A model generated the notes under the pieces. It was not told the DNA's origin, did no database searches, and saw only the letters and a program-made list of their open reading frames with translations. A program made the position numbers and the translations under genes. A stretch of 64,000 bases of DNA from Gammaproteobacteria bacterium (GTDB lineage: Bacteria; Pseudomonadota; Gammaproteobacteria; UBA4575), in contig JAWPMW010000001.1 of the NCBI GenBank assembly GCA_033344735.1, positions 1,182,171-1,246,170 on the forward strand, written 5' to 3'. Every line of letters starts with the position of its first letter. The stretch's first letter is position 1. This document shows positions 1 to 10,698 of the stretch, one piece after another.

Positions 1-832
1 GTTTAATTTAAAACTCGCACAATATGCGAAGAAGCTAAATATTAAGGTAGTGTTTTATGTTAGCCCACAAGTATGGGCTTGGCGTACAGGTAGAATAGAG
101 AAAATAAAAAACTGCGTTGATTTAATGGCAGTATTATTTCCATTTGAACTGGACTTCTATCAAAATGCAGGCGTACCCGCATGCTTGGTTAGACATCCTT
201 TATTAGACGATATTGACAATGCTTATAAATCCACGGATATCACACCCGAGAAAATCACAGTTATCGGAATGCTCCCAGGCAGCCGCGAAAATGAAATAAA
301 AAAGCTTCTACCAGTAATGATTGAGGCTGGACACAAACTTTTAAATCAGAATCCAAACATGCGCTTCATATTGCCCGCGGCTCCTGGCACAGATATTAAT
401 GAGCTAAAAACATTCAATAAAAATAACTTACCTATCGATTATCAACAGGATTCATTCTATCAATCCCTTCAGCAGTGCCAAGCATTAATGATTGCATCCG
501 GCACAGCGACCCTACAAGCAGCATTAATGGGTAAAGCCATGGTAGTAATTTACAAAATATCGCCAATCACATACAAATTATTTGGTCACATGGTTAACGT
601 AGAACACATATGCCTAGCCAACATTATTTTAAACAGGCGCGCTTATAAAGAATTAATTCAGGATGATGCTAATGCAGATAATCTATTCGATTCACTAACC
701 GAATTGATTAATGATAATAAAACCAGCGAAAAAATGATTAATAACCGTGAAGAAATTCGTAATAATTTGAATGCAGGAATAACTTCTAATGAACTCGCAA
801 TACGAGCTCTTGCATTAACCAAACAAACTTAG
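1..832 (+). CDS. lpxB: Lipid-A-disaccharide synthase, 5'-truncated by window edge (C-terminal ~276 aa present)
   Basis: The frame is open from position 2 to the stop at 830-832. The translation (YVSPQVWAWR...LPGSRENEI...) matches the conserved LpxB C-terminal half. It converges on lpxA with overlapping stop codons. Confidence 0.8.
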   Translation, partial: FNLKLAQYAKKLNIKVVFYVSPQVWAWRTGRIEKIKNCVDLMAVLFPFELDFYQNAGVPACLVRHPLLDDIDNAYKSTDITPEKITVIGMLPGSRENEIKKLLPVMIEAGHKLLNQNPNMRFILPAAPGTDINELKTFNKNNLPIDYQQDSFYQSLQQCQALMIASGTATLQAALMGKAMVVIYKISPITYKLFGHMVNVEHICLANIILNRRAYKELIQDDANADNLFDSLTELINDNKTSEKMINNREEIRNNLNAGITSNELAIRALALTKQT

Positions 833-1644
833 CGAACCGTACCACGTTGACTATTTTCAATAAATTTCACAAACTCACGCACTTCACTATACTCTTCAGC
901 TATATCTTTAACTTTTTCAAATTGCTCTACACGAGAGTTCTTAGAAACTATTAAAGCCTTATATGCCTGATGCAGCGCATGTATCACATCTTCACTAAAT
1001 TCTCGCCGACGCAAACCTTCTTTGTTAAGACCAAATGCTTTAGCTAAATTTCCCGATGCCATCATGTAGGGTGGAAGATCTTTATTTAGTGCAGATCCCA
1101 TACCACAAAATGAATGTGCGCCAATATGACAGAACTGATGCACCAACGTAAAACCACCCAATACAGCATAATCATCAACAATCACATGACCAGCAATAGA
1201 TGCACCATTAGAAAAAATAGTTCTGTCGCCAATAACGCAGTCATGCGCAATATGCACATAAGCCATAATCCAATTATCATTACCTATAATTGTTGAACCT
1301 TGATCCGCGTGAGTACCACGATTAATAGTACAAAATTCTCGAATTGTATTATTGTTACCAATAATAAGCTGGCTATCTTCACCAGCAAATTTTTTATCTT
1401 GTGGAATTTCACCAATCGATGAGAACTGAAATATAGTATTCTCCTCACCTATTTTAGTAGGTCCTTGAATAACCACATGTGGTCCGATAGTTGTATTAGC
1501 ACCTATCTCTACTCCAGGACCAATTACAGTATAAGGTCCTACGCTGACACCTGCAGCGACTTTTGAACTGGGATCAATTATCGCTGTTGGATGTATTTCA
1601 GCTTCACTTGCGTGAGAAAGAGAATCAGAATTACTCATGTTCAT
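829..1644 (-). CDS. lpxA: UDP-N-acetylglucosamine O-acyltransferase
   Basis: 271 aa with left-handed beta-helix hexapeptide repeats (IGPHVVIQGPTKIG...). It sits immediately downstream of fabZ, the canonical lpxD-fabZ-lpxA order. Confidence 0.85.
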   Translation of the reverse strand: MNMSNSDSLSHASEAEIHPTAIIDPSSKVAAGVSVGPYTVIGPGVEIGANTTIGPHVVIQGPTKIGEENTIFQFSSIGEIPQDKKFAGEDSQLIIGNNNTIREFCTINRGTHADQGSTIIGNDNWIMAYVHIAHDCVIGDRTIFSNGASIAGHVIVDDYAVLGGFTLVHQFCHIGAHSFCGMGSALNKDLPPYMMASGNLAKAFGLNKEGLRRREFSEDVIHALHQAYKALIVSKNSRVEQFEKVKDIAEEYSEVREFVKFIENSQRGTVR

Positions 1645-2105
1645 AAATCTTTAAACATGCACTTTAGTTCTGCACTTGCAGTTAGTTCACCCTCGACATA
1701 AGCATTAGCTTCGAATACACCATAATTTCTTTTCATTCTTGTTAAACGAGATTCAAGACGTAACTGATCTCCAGGCACCACTGGACGTTTGAAACGAGCA
1801 TTATCAATCCCGACAAATAAAAACAAACTCTCATTTTCTGGTTTTAATTTAGGGTCACTCAGTACAAGAACTCCAGACACCTGAGCCAACGCTTCCAAAA
1901 TCAACACACCTGGAAATACTGGAGTACCAGGGAAGTGTCCCTGGAAAAATGCTTCATTAATAGTGATATTTTTAATTGCAGCAATTTTGTCACCATGCGT
2001 GCATTCAACAACACGATCTAGCAACAAGAATGGGTATCGATGCGGAAGAAATTTCATTATTTCTGTCACGGACATAACGGCATCCATATTATTTTCCCTT
2101 ATCAA
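1641..2105 (-). CDS. fabZ: 3-hydroxyacyl-ACP dehydratase
   Basis: 154 aa hotdog-fold protein with the FFQGHFPGTPVFPGVLILEALAQ motif. Its ATG overlaps the lpxA stop by 4 nt. Confidence 0.9.
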   Translation of the reverse strand: MIRENNMDAVMSVTEIMKFLPHRYPFLLLDRVVECTHGDKIAAIKNITINEAFFQGHFPGTPVFPGVLILEALAQVSGVLVLSDPKLKPENESLFLFVGIDNARFKRPVVPGDQLRLESRLTRMKRNYGVFEANAYVEGELTASAELKCMFKDL

Positions 2106-3132
2106 TACTTTCTAGTTTTTTAATTATACCATTGACTCGTTTAAACAATGCATCCAGATCTTTAAATCTCGTCGCATTACGCAACCAACTTTTATTATCT
2201 TCCGCAGCAGTACCTGAGGAATACAGCCCCGGCTTAGTAATCGACTTACGGATAGCAGTCATACCTGAAACTTGCACACCATCAGCAATTGTGAGATGAC
2301 CTTGAATACCAGCCGCAGCACCAATTGCACAATGTTTTCCAATGACAGTACTGCCAGCAATTCCAGTACATCCAGCAATTGCTGTATGCTCACCAATAAT
2401 AACATTGTGAGCAATTTGAATTTGATTATCCAGCTTAGCACCTTTCTTAATAACTGTATCTTTTAGAGCGCCTCTATCAATTGTTGTATTTGCTCCAATT
2501 TCTACATCATCCCCAAGAACTACTCCGCCTAACTGAGGGATTTTCTCCCACACACCGTTGTCATTAGCTAAGCCAAAACCATCACTAGCGATGACAGCAC
2601 CTGGATGAATAATGACGCGCTCACCTATAATTGCAGGTCCAACAATACTAACGCGAGCAATTAATCGTGATGACGCTCCGATGATTGATGGCGCGGTAAT
2701 AACTGTTCCTGGGCCAATATAACAATCTCTTTCAATAGTACATTTAGCGCATATAACGACATTAGGGCCAATATACACATTATCAGCGATTTCGCATTCA
2801 TCATTAATGACTGATGAAGGATGAATATTAGCAACCAGATCTTCCTCAGGATGTAATAACTTTGCCGCACGAGCAAAGCTTAAATAAGGATTTTTAGATA
2901 TTAAAGCAGTAGTTTTGCAATGCGAAACAAGTTCTTCAGGCACTATGACTGCTGTCGCCATTGTGTGTTTAAGTTTATTTTTGTATTGACTAGAAACAGC
3001 AAATGAAAGACTGCCCAGATTTGAGTCATCCAGATCGGCCACATGAGTGATTTCAGCATCACCATCTCCAACAACATCAACTCCTATTTCGCGAGCCAAC
3101 TCACGAACTCTATAAGTCATAATATTTTTCAA
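2089..3132 (-). CDS. lpxD: UDP-3-O-acylglucosamine N-acyltransferase
   Basis: 347 aa with hexapeptide-repeat LbH domain. It lies upstream of fabZ with a 17 nt overlap. Confidence 0.85.
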   Translation of the reverse strand: MKNIMTYRVRELAREIGVDVVGDGDAEITHVADLDDSNLGSLSFAVSSQYKNKLKHTMATAVIVPEELVSHCKTTALISKNPYLSFARAAKLLHPEEDLVANIHPSSVINDECEIADNVYIGPNVVICAKCTIERDCYIGPGTVITAPSIIGASSRLIARVSIVGPAIIGERVIIHPGAVIASDGFGLANDNGVWEKIPQLGGVVLGDDVEIGANTTIDRGALKDTVIKKGAKLDNQIQIAHNVIIGEHTAIAGCTGIAGSTVIGKHCAIGAAAGIQGHLTIADGVQVSGMTAIRKSITKPGLYSSGTAAEDNKSWLRNATRFKDLDALFKRVNGIIKKLESIDKGK

Positions 3133-3146
3133 ATTATTATGTGTTG

Positions 3147-3653
3147 TTACTGGCCAGAATTAAGTCTTTGTAAAATTTGATCTGTAATATCAACTTGAGG
3201 ACTCGCGTATAGAACTGCCTGAGTCAAGACAAGATCATATTTTTGCTGCTCAGAAAATTTCTTTATCACTTCGTATACTTTCTTCTGCAAGGCACTAATT
3301 TCTTCATTACGTCGAATATTAATGTCTTCACGATATTCATCTCTCAGACGATTATGATCACGTTTCTTGCTCAAAATATCTCTTTCAAGCTTAACTCGAT
3401 TTGCTTCACTCATAATGCTGCCATCATTCTTTAACTGTTCTTCCATTTTGAGAATAGCATCTCGTGATACAGCAAGTTGCTTATCTCTACTAGAGAACTC
3501 ACTCTCAAGTGCTTTACGTACAGCTTGGCCTTGCTGAGATTTTTCCATTAATTTACCAAAATTTACATAACCTATTTTTGATTCTGCATATGCAACTGAA
3601 GTAGCACCAAGAAGCATGACTAATAAAATTACAATTTTTAGTTGTATATTCAA
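3147..3653 (-). CDS. skp: Periplasmic chaperone Skp (OmpH)
   Basis: 168 aa with a signal peptide and a charged coiled-coil body. It occupies the conserved position between bamA and lpxD. Confidence 0.7.
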   Translation of the reverse strand: MNIQLKIVILLVMLLGATSVAYAESKIGYVNFGKLMEKSQQGQAVRKALESEFSSRDKQLAVSRDAILKMEEQLKNDGSIMSEANRVKLERDILSKKRDHNRLRDEYREDINIRRNEEISALQKKVYEVIKKFSEQQKYDLVLTQAVLYASPQVDITDQILQRLNSGQ

Positions 3654-3668
3654 GATATTTCTCCTGAG

Positions 3669-5954
3669 TTAAAAACTTGTGCCAAATTCAAACTGAAACG
3701 GCTCAGTTTCATCATCTTCATCATCATTAAATGGACTAGAAAAACTTAAAGTTATTCCACCAAGCCCTGTTATCAAATTCACACCCAAGCCAGCACTTCC
3801 ACGCAATTCACTAGTTTCAAAGTCATCATAATCCTCAAACACGTTTCCCATATCAGCAAATATACCTAACCTGAATCTGGAAGCATCATACAAAGCTGGA
3901 ATAGGAAAAAATATCTCTACTCCAGCTGTAGTTAAAAAATTTCCCCCAAACGCATCATCTCGAGAATCTTGTGGTCCTAATGTATTATCTCTATATCCTC
4001 TCACCGAACCGGTACCACCAGCTCTAAACTTCTCAAAAAATGGCAGATCTGTAGTGCTACCAAAACTATCGCCATAGCCTATTTCGGAGCGAGTAGAAAG
4101 GGTAAAAATTTCATTTAGTGGAAAGAGCCATATATTTTCATGACTACCTTTATAATATTCAAGATCACTTGAAGGAACTGTAAATTCAAACCTGGTTCTG
4201 TGATACAAACCTTTAGTGCCAAATATCCTACGATTTCTACTATCGTGAGTGTAGAGTCCAGACAAATTGAAAGTAATATAATCATCACCATTATCATTAA
4301 GAAACTCATTAACCTCGTCAGAAGTAGAATCATTAGTGGAAATCTCTGTGGTTCTAATTTCACCAATCACACCAACTCTATCCACCTCGGTCAATGGAAT
4401 TCCGTAATTTGCTCGAAGACTAAATTGATCTGAATCAAAATCCGAAATATCTGCCTCTTCAGCATCTGTAGAAATATAGCTAAAACCAAATCCTCTACTT
4501 ACACCATCTATCGTATAAAATGGATCGCTATAGGAAATGTCATAAACTGTATTAACACTACTCGTATTAATTTGAAAAGAGACTTGTTTACCGGTTCCAA
4601 GAAAATTATCTTGGCTCACACTAGTTGTTACAACCGCACCTTGGCTGTCTGAAATGCCTGCCCCAATTGAAAAACTTCCTGCCAAACGTTCCGTCACTTT
4701 AATATTTATATCCACGAAGTCATCTTCACCGGGTATCTGCACTGTATCAAATTCAACATTTTCAACAAATGCCAATCGCTGAATTCTACGTCTTGACGAC
4801 TCTATTCCACGCAGGGTATACCAACCTCCTTCCATTTGTCTTAGCTCACGCCGAAATACTTCATCTCGACTATACTGGTTCCCAGTGATATTCACTCTTC
4901 GCACATATACTCTTTTTCCTGGATCTATGAAAAACGTTAAGCTTACTGTCTTAGACTCCTCATCAACTTCAGGAATTGGATTAACTCGTGCGAATGCATA
5001 ACCATCCGAACCTAATCGATTTGATATGCGTTCTGATGATGCGACAACTTTGCCGCGTGAGAAAATCTCTCCGGCCTCAATAACCAGTAAATCTCTAAGC
5101 TCTTGTTCTGGAATTTCAAAATTACCAGCAAGTTTTACTTCTGAAAGCGTATATTGATCACCTTCATTTACATTAATAGTAATGAAGATATCTTTTTTAT
5201 CAGGAGTGATTGATACCTGAGTTGAATCAACCGTAAAATTTAAGTATCCAGTATTTAGATACTCAGATCGCAAAGTTTCAAGATCCGCTGACAAATTTTG
5301 TTTGGAGTATTTTTCACTGCTCGACCAAATTTTCCAGAAAGCCTTGTTGCCAGACACGAACTCCTTTTTTAATTTTTTATCTTCATATATTGTATTACCT
5401 ACTATATTGATATTTTTTATTTTAGCCGCCTTGCCCTCAGCTATTTGAATCTGCACATCCACCCTGTTCCGACTTAATTCAGTAGTGAGTGTTTTAATTT
5501 GTACGTTATATTTTCCACGAGCAAAATATTGTTGAAGCAACTCATTTTCCAAGCGCTCAAGAACAGAACGATTCAATACTCTGCCAGGCGCTATTCCTAT
5601 GTCAGTAAGACTCTCAATTAGTTGCTCATCAGGAATATCTTTATTACCAATAATATCCAGGGAAGCAATGCCGGGACGTTCTTTTATTTCTACTATGAGC
5701 ACAAAATCTTCAAGACGTATCACCACATCACTAAACAACTCTGTCTTGTAGAGTTCACGAATAATTTCTGCAGAATCTGTATCAGTAAATACATCACCTA
5801 CCTTCACCGGTATATAGGTAAACACGGTTCCAGGCTCAATCCTTTCCAAACCTTCAATAATGATATCTCTGATTTTAAAAGGCTCAGCAATGGCGCTACT
5901 AACGACTAGCAATAGAACTGACAGAGTTATTATTTTTATTATTTTTATTGTCAC
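3669..5954 (-). CDS. bamA: Outer membrane protein assembly factor BamA
   Basis: 761 aa with a signal peptide, POTRA repeats and a C-terminal beta-barrel ending in the aromatic residue F. The rseP-bamA-skp synteny supports the call. Confidence 0.85.
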   Translation of the reverse strand: MTIKIIKIITLSVLLLVVSSAIAEPFKIRDIIIEGLERIEPGTVFTYIPVKVGDVFTDTDSAEIIRELYKTELFSDVVIRLEDFVLIVEIKERPGIASLDIIGNKDIPDEQLIESLTDIGIAPGRVLNRSVLERLENELLQQYFARGKYNVQIKTLTTELSRNRVDVQIQIAEGKAAKIKNINIVGNTIYEDKKLKKEFVSGNKAFWKIWSSSEKYSKQNLSADLETLRSEYLNTGYLNFTVDSTQVSITPDKKDIFITINVNEGDQYTLSEVKLAGNFEIPEQELRDLLVIEAGEIFSRGKVVASSERISNRLGSDGYAFARVNPIPEVDEESKTVSLTFFIDPGKRVYVRRVNITGNQYSRDEVFRRELRQMEGGWYTLRGIESSRRRIQRLAFVENVEFDTVQIPGEDDFVDINIKVTERLAGSFSIGAGISDSQGAVVTTSVSQDNFLGTGKQVSFQINTSSVNTVYDISYSDPFYTIDGVSRGFGFSYISTDAEEADISDFDSDQFSLRANYGIPLTEVDRVGVIGEIRTTEISTNDSTSDEVNEFLNDNGDDYITFNLSGLYTHDSRNRRIFGTKGLYHRTRFEFTVPSSDLEYYKGSHENIWLFPLNEIFTLSTRSEIGYGDSFGSTTDLPFFEKFRAGGTGSVRGYRDNTLGPQDSRDDAFGGNFLTTAGVEIFFPIPALYDASRFRLGIFADMGNVFEDYDDFETSELRGSAGLGVNLITGLGGITLSFSSPFNDDEDDETEPFQFEFGTSF

Positions 5955-5972
5955 GTCTGTTATTCAATTTGA

Positions 5973-7337
5973 TTAGCTGAAGAGGCGCTGAAAGTCATTA
6001 TAGAATGCCAACGACATCAACCCGGCTAACATAAAAATTCCAATTTTTTGTCCAACTAACTGTGTCGCTTCAGACACAGGGCTTCCTTTTACCATTTCGA
6101 CTATGCAGTACAATAAATGACCGCCATCTAGAATTGGCACTGGCAAGAGATTGAGTATACCAATACTGATGCTAATGATCGCTAAAGTACTGAGAAATGT
6201 AGCCAAACCAAGTTGAGCTGATATACCGGCGTATTCTGCTATTGATATCGGACCACTAATATTCTTGACAGATGCTTGACCTGTTATGAGTTTACCCAGC
6301 AGTTTAACCGTCAACACACTCATATCAAGTGTTTTAGAAGCTCCTTTAGCAAGTGACTCTAAAACACCCTCTCGAATAGTAATTTGACGTTTTTCTCTCT
6401 CAGATTCATCAAACCAAGGATAGGCACCAATTCTGCCTATATTTTGACCATCTACTTCTTCTATAGCGGGTGTAAGCTGAAGACTCATCTGCTCAGACCC
6501 TCTTAGTACCTCTAATTCAATTGGTTTGCCAGCATGCTGCTTCACAATATCTACCCAATGAGCCCAATCTACTACGACGCTTCCATTAGCAAATAAAATA
6601 GCATCACCCTCTTTGAAACCCTGCTGTTTAGCTGCACTGTTTGGAGTAAATTTACCTAATATTGCATCGAGCTTTAGGCGCCAAGGTTCAATACCAATTT
6701 TCTCTAAAGGACTGCCCTCATCCAAAAGCGCCTTGGTATCTGATAAATCAAGCATCACTTCAGATATAGCCTGCTGTGTATCTTTTTTAAGAACTTTAAT
6801 TACTCCAGTTTTCAAGCCTTCGTTAATCAATTCAATGCTAGCTTCCTCCCAGGTAGATACAACCTGCTCATTAATTTGCAGAACTACATCGCCACTCTTT
6901 AAACCTGCTTGATACGCGAGACTTTCTTCCTCTACCTTACCTATTTCAGGAATAATTCCTTGCACTCCAACGATGTACATACAAGCATAAGCGAATATCG
7001 CAAATATAAAATTAAATAACGGTCCTGCAGCAGCTATGGCAAATCTAGATCCAACCGGTTGACGATTGAAAGCAAGTGCCTGCTCATTTGGTGCAACCTC
7101 GCCTTCGCGCTCATCCAACATTTTTACGTAACCTCCAAGAGGAATGGCAGCAAACACATACTCAACACCACTTTTTGGAGATACATATCTCAGTAAAGAT
7201 CGCCCAAAACCAACTGAAAAACGCAGTACCTTTACGCCTAGCAAACGTGCCACAATGAAATGTCCAAATTCATGTACTGTCACAATCACACTGACCGCAA
7301 CAATAAAAGATATAGCACTGATTATAAAATTACTCAT
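5973..7337 (-). CDS. rseP: Sigma-E protease regulator RseP (site-2 protease)
   Basis: 454 aa with an HEFGH zinc metalloprotease motif in the first TM helix, PDZ domains and an LDGG motif. It lies between dxr and bamA. Confidence 0.85.
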   Translation of the reverse strand: MSNFIISAISFIVAVSVIVTVHEFGHFIVARLLGVKVLRFSVGFGRSLLRYVSPKSGVEYVFAAIPLGGYVKMLDEREGEVAPNEQALAFNRQPVGSRFAIAAAGPLFNFIFAIFAYACMYIVGVQGIIPEIGKVEEESLAYQAGLKSGDVVLQINEQVVSTWEEASIELINEGLKTGVIKVLKKDTQQAISEVMLDLSDTKALLDEGSPLEKIGIEPWRLKLDAILGKFTPNSAAKQQGFKEGDAILFANGSVVVDWAHWVDIVKQHAGKPIELEVLRGSEQMSLQLTPAIEEVDGQNIGRIGAYPWFDESEREKRQITIREGVLESLAKGASKTLDMSVLTVKLLGKLITGQASVKNISGPISIAEYAGISAQLGLATFLSTLAIISISIGILNLLPVPILDGGHLLYCIVEMVKGSPVSEATQLVGQKIGIFMLAGLMSLAFYNDFQRLFS

Positions 7338-7347
7338 AGATTTAAGG

Positions 7348-8544
7348 TTACCGGGATAATTCTAGGATAGTTTGCGTAGCAGTTTGACGGGAACATCTAT
7401 CAATTTCTAATACCGTTTCGACGTTATCAATCGCAACTGGTTCCAATTTTTCTATGACACTCGCCACAACATTATAAATTTGCGTATATTGAATTTTACC
7501 ATCTAGGAATGATTGTACCGCCACTTCATTGGCAGCATTCATTATCGCAGGACTAGACCCTCCTATTTTCTGAACATCCATTGCTAAACGTAAACAGGGA
7601 AAACGTTGCATATCTGGCTGAAAAAACTCTAGTCCGCTATGTTTAGTCATATCCAATCCGTCTACACCTGAATCAATACGCGCAGGCCAAGCCATTGCGT
7701 GAGCAATAGGTACTCTCATATCAGGAAATCCCATATGAGCTAGTATGGAGCCATCTTGGTAAGCGACCATAGCATGCACAATAGACTGTGGATGAATTAC
7801 CACATTGACCATTGAGATATTTATCGAAAAAAGCAGACACGCTTCAATTACCTCCAACCCTTTATTCATCATGGTGGCAGAATCCACTGAAATCTTTCTA
7901 CCCATTTTCCACTTAGGATGGGCACATGCTTGTTCAGGAGACACTTGCGCCAATTCATGTAATGGCTTGTGTAGAAATGGTCCGCCTGAAGCTGTTAGGG
8001 TTACTTGCTTAACACCATCATTAACCTGTGTATTTGCAAGATTTTGCATACATTGAAATACTGCATTATGTTCACTATCTATTGGCAGCAACATCGAATT
8101 ATTTTTCTCTGCGGTAGCGATAAGTAATTCACCTGACATCACTAATGCTTCTTTATTTGCTAGCAATACTGTTTTTCCTGCTTTAGCTGCAGCTAGTGTA
8201 GACAATAATCCCGCTGCGCCCACAATAGCAGCCATTACACAATCCACTTCTGGCATTTCTGCAACAGAAATCAAACCCTCACTTCCAACAATTAGTTCTG
8301 GTATGTGATCTAGTTGTACAGACCTTTGCTTGAATTGCTTTGCTGCGTTCTCATCTGTTAACACTACATACGATGGTGAAAATTTTTGCACTTGCTGTAA
8401 TAACTCATCCACTGACCGCCTTGCTCCTAGAGCTACCACATGAAATTTGTCTGAATTTCTTTCAATTACATCAAGAGTACTAATACCAACACTACCTGTA
8501 GAACCTAATATTGCGATTCCTTTTGAAAGATTATTTTTTTGCAT
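7348..8544 (-). CDS. dxr: 1-deoxy-D-xylulose 5-phosphate reductoisomerase
   Basis: 398 aa with an N-terminal GSTGSVG NADPH-binding motif, within the conserved uppS-cdsA-dxr synteny. Confidence 0.9.
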   Translation of the reverse strand: MQKNNLSKGIAILGSTGSVGISTLDVIERNSDKFHVVALGARRSVDELLQQVQKFSPSYVVLTDENAAKQFKQRSVQLDHIPELIVGSEGLISVAEMPEVDCVMAAIVGAAGLLSTLAAAKAGKTVLLANKEALVMSGELLIATAEKNNSMLLPIDSEHNAVFQCMQNLANTQVNDGVKQVTLTASGGPFLHKPLHELAQVSPEQACAHPKWKMGRKISVDSATMMNKGLEVIEACLLFSINISMVNVVIHPQSIVHAMVAYQDGSILAHMGFPDMRVPIAHAMAWPARIDSGVDGLDMTKHSGLEFFQPDMQRFPCLRLAMDVQKIGGSSPAIMNAANEVAVQSFLDGKIQYTQIYNVVASVIEKLEPVAIDNVETVLEIDRCSRQTATQTILELSR

Positions 8545-8547
8545 TTA

Positions 8548-9357
8548 CTAATATATCCAGTACAAACCCAACATAAAGCCGGGTGATGCTGCTAACAGAC
8601 TATCAATCCTGTCCAATACTCCACCATGACCAGGAATTAAATTACCACTGTCTTTTTTACCAGCATTGCGTTTCAATAAACTTTCAAACAAGTCACCTAC
8701 CACTGAAATTAATGCCGTTAACACACATAGAATCACAAAATATAGAGCGATGCCCCAATCAAGTTGTTCTCGCCATAACCAAACACCCAACAATGAAAAC
8801 ATAAACGTTCCCATCATTGCACCCAGCACTCCTTCACGCGTCTTACCCGGGCTCAGTTGTTCAGCAAGTTTATTCCTACCAAATTTCTTACCCGCAAAAT
8901 AAGCAGCAATATCCGCAATCCATATCAATACGAATAAAAACAGCAACAACAGTGGATTTTGCTGATGCAAACTACTCATTGCCAGCCAACCAACTACAAT
9001 TACAAAATAACCACTGTAATGAAGAAAGCCGTCTAACAAATAATTGCCTATCCATGAAGATTGATAGAATGACAATAGCAGAAGTATAAACACCCAATAA
9101 ATACAACCAGCAAAGATAATTAGACGAATTTGGACTTCATCTAATATAAACCAGCATATTGCCATCAACACACAACAAACCAACACATAAATTATTCTTG
9201 GCACTATTGTTTTAGCTACCATAGATGCCCATTCCCATGCTCCTAGAGCTGCAACCAAAGCTAAGAAGCCTGCAAACCACCGAGTTGGCATATACAACAT
9301 TGACAGTATAACAATGGGCGCTAGAATTGCCGCAGTTATGACTCTTTGCTTAATCAT
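8548..9357 (-). CDS. cdsA: Phosphatidate cytidylyltransferase
   Basis: 269 aa polytopic membrane protein with a C-terminal CTP-transferase signature (GHGGVLDRIDS). It lies between uppS and dxr. Confidence 0.8.
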   Translation of the reverse strand: MIKQRVITAAILAPIVILSMLYMPTRWFAGFLALVAALGAWEWASMVAKTIVPRIIYVLVCCVLMAICWFILDEVQIRLIIFAGCIYWVFILLLLSFYQSSWIGNYLLDGFLHYSGYFVIVVGWLAMSSLHQQNPLLLLFLFVLIWIADIAAYFAGKKFGRNKLAEQLSPGKTREGVLGAMMGTFMFSLLGVWLWREQLDWGIALYFVILCVLTALISVVGDLFESLLKRNAGKKDSGNLIPGHGGVLDRIDSLLAASPGFMLGLYWIY

Positions 9358-10090
9358 TTGTACCAGTCTCTATTTGTTCTTGAGTGAGACCAAACTTTCT
9401 CTTACGAAGCCCATACTCTTCTAACGCAAGCTGAAATTGTTGCTTATCAAACTCAGGCCAAAAAACATCTGTGTAATAGAACTCGGTATAGGCCATCTGC
9501 CAGATTAGAAAATTACTTACTCTTTGCTCGCCTGCAGTACGTATAAATAAATCCGGATCTGGTATCGAACCTGTTGAAAGATGATTAGAAAATTCACTTT
9601 CAGTAATATCTTCAATTCTTATTTGTTGCTTCTGCACTTTTTGACAAATATTTTTACAAGCAGTCACAATATCCCAACGGCCACCATAATTTGCAGCAAT
9701 GTTTAACAAAAACTGCTCGTTATTAGCCGTGATTCTTTCTGACTCTTCAATCTTATCCTGTAGTTTTTGATGAAACCGGCTGCGATCTCCAATAAATTTA
9801 AGCCGTATACCATTCTCATTTAACTTATTCACTTCTTTTTCAAGCGAAGAAACAAACAAGTCCATCAAGGTCATCACTTCAGTTTTTGGGCGATTCCAAT
9901 TCTCGCTACTAAAAGCAAATAAGGTCAGCACTTTAACGCCAGCATTTGCACAGGCCTCAATAGTACTACGAACCGCTTTTACCCCCTCTCTATGGCCAGC
10001 AGTCCTTGGGAGCAAGCGTTTATTCGCCCAGCGACCATTGCCATCCATAACAATGGCTACATGATGTGGGATTTGTGAGTTTTTTGACAT
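9350..10090 (-). CDS. uppS: Undecaprenyl diphosphate synthase
   Basis: 246 aa with HVAIVMDGNGRWA and ENWNRP motifs of the cis-prenyltransferase family. Confidence 0.9.
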   Translation of the reverse strand: MSKNSQIPHHVAIVMDGNGRWANKRLLPRTAGHREGVKAVRSTIEACANAGVKVLTLFAFSSENWNRPKTEVMTLMDLFVSSLEKEVNKLNENGIRLKFIGDRSRFHQKLQDKIEESERITANNEQFLLNIAANYGGRWDIVTACKNICQKVQKQQIRIEDITESEFSNHLSTGSIPDPDLFIRTAGEQRVSNFLIWQMAYTEFYYTDVFWPEFDKQQFQLALEEYGLRKRKFGLTQEQIETGTND

Positions 10091-10140
10091 TATTATAACT
10101 GTCGCATCGTTAATAAATTAAACGCGACTGGAAGGACGAA

Positions 10141-10698
10141 TTAGATTTCCATTAATTCTTTTTCTTTTGCGGTTAACATTTCTTCTATTTCCTGAATATG
10201 CTTATCTGTTAATTTTTGCACGACTTCTAAAGCACCACGCTCATCATCTTCAGAAATTTCTTTTTCTTTTACCAACTCTTTCAGATCTGCATTAGCATCT
10301 CGACGAATATTTCTAACCGCAACACGAGCTTGCTCTGCTTCTTGTCGAACTAGTTTCACGAAGTCCTTTCTCCGCTCTTCAGTTAAGGCAGGAAGCGGAA
10401 CTCTAATAACATCTCCTGAAGTCACTGGATTCAGCCCCATATCTGAGCTCATAATGGCCTTCTCGATCACAGGCACTAATGCCTTTTCCCATGGCGATAC
10501 TGCCAAGGTGCGTGCATCCTCAACAGAGACTGTAGCAGCCTGAGCGATAGGCACTTCAGAGCCATAGTAATCAACCATCACATGGTCCAACAAACTCACG
10601 TTTGCGCGTCCCGTTCTAATTTTTGTTAATTCATTTTTTAATGACTCAATACTTTTGCCCATACGGGTATCAGCATCTTTTTTTATATCATCTATCAT
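10141..10698 (-). CDS. frr: Ribosome recycling factor
   Basis: 185 aa matching the RRF family along its full length. It shares the pyrH stop/start overlap (ATGA). Confidence 0.9.
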   Translation of the reverse strand: MIDDIKKDADTRMGKSIESLKNELTKIRTGRANVSLLDHVMVDYYGSEVPIAQAATVSVEDARTLAVSPWEKALVPVIEKAIMSSDMGLNPVTSGDVIRVPLPALTEERRKDFVKLVRQEAEQARVAVRNIRRDANADLKELVKEKEISEDDERGALEVVQKLTDKHIQEIEEMLTAKEKELMEI

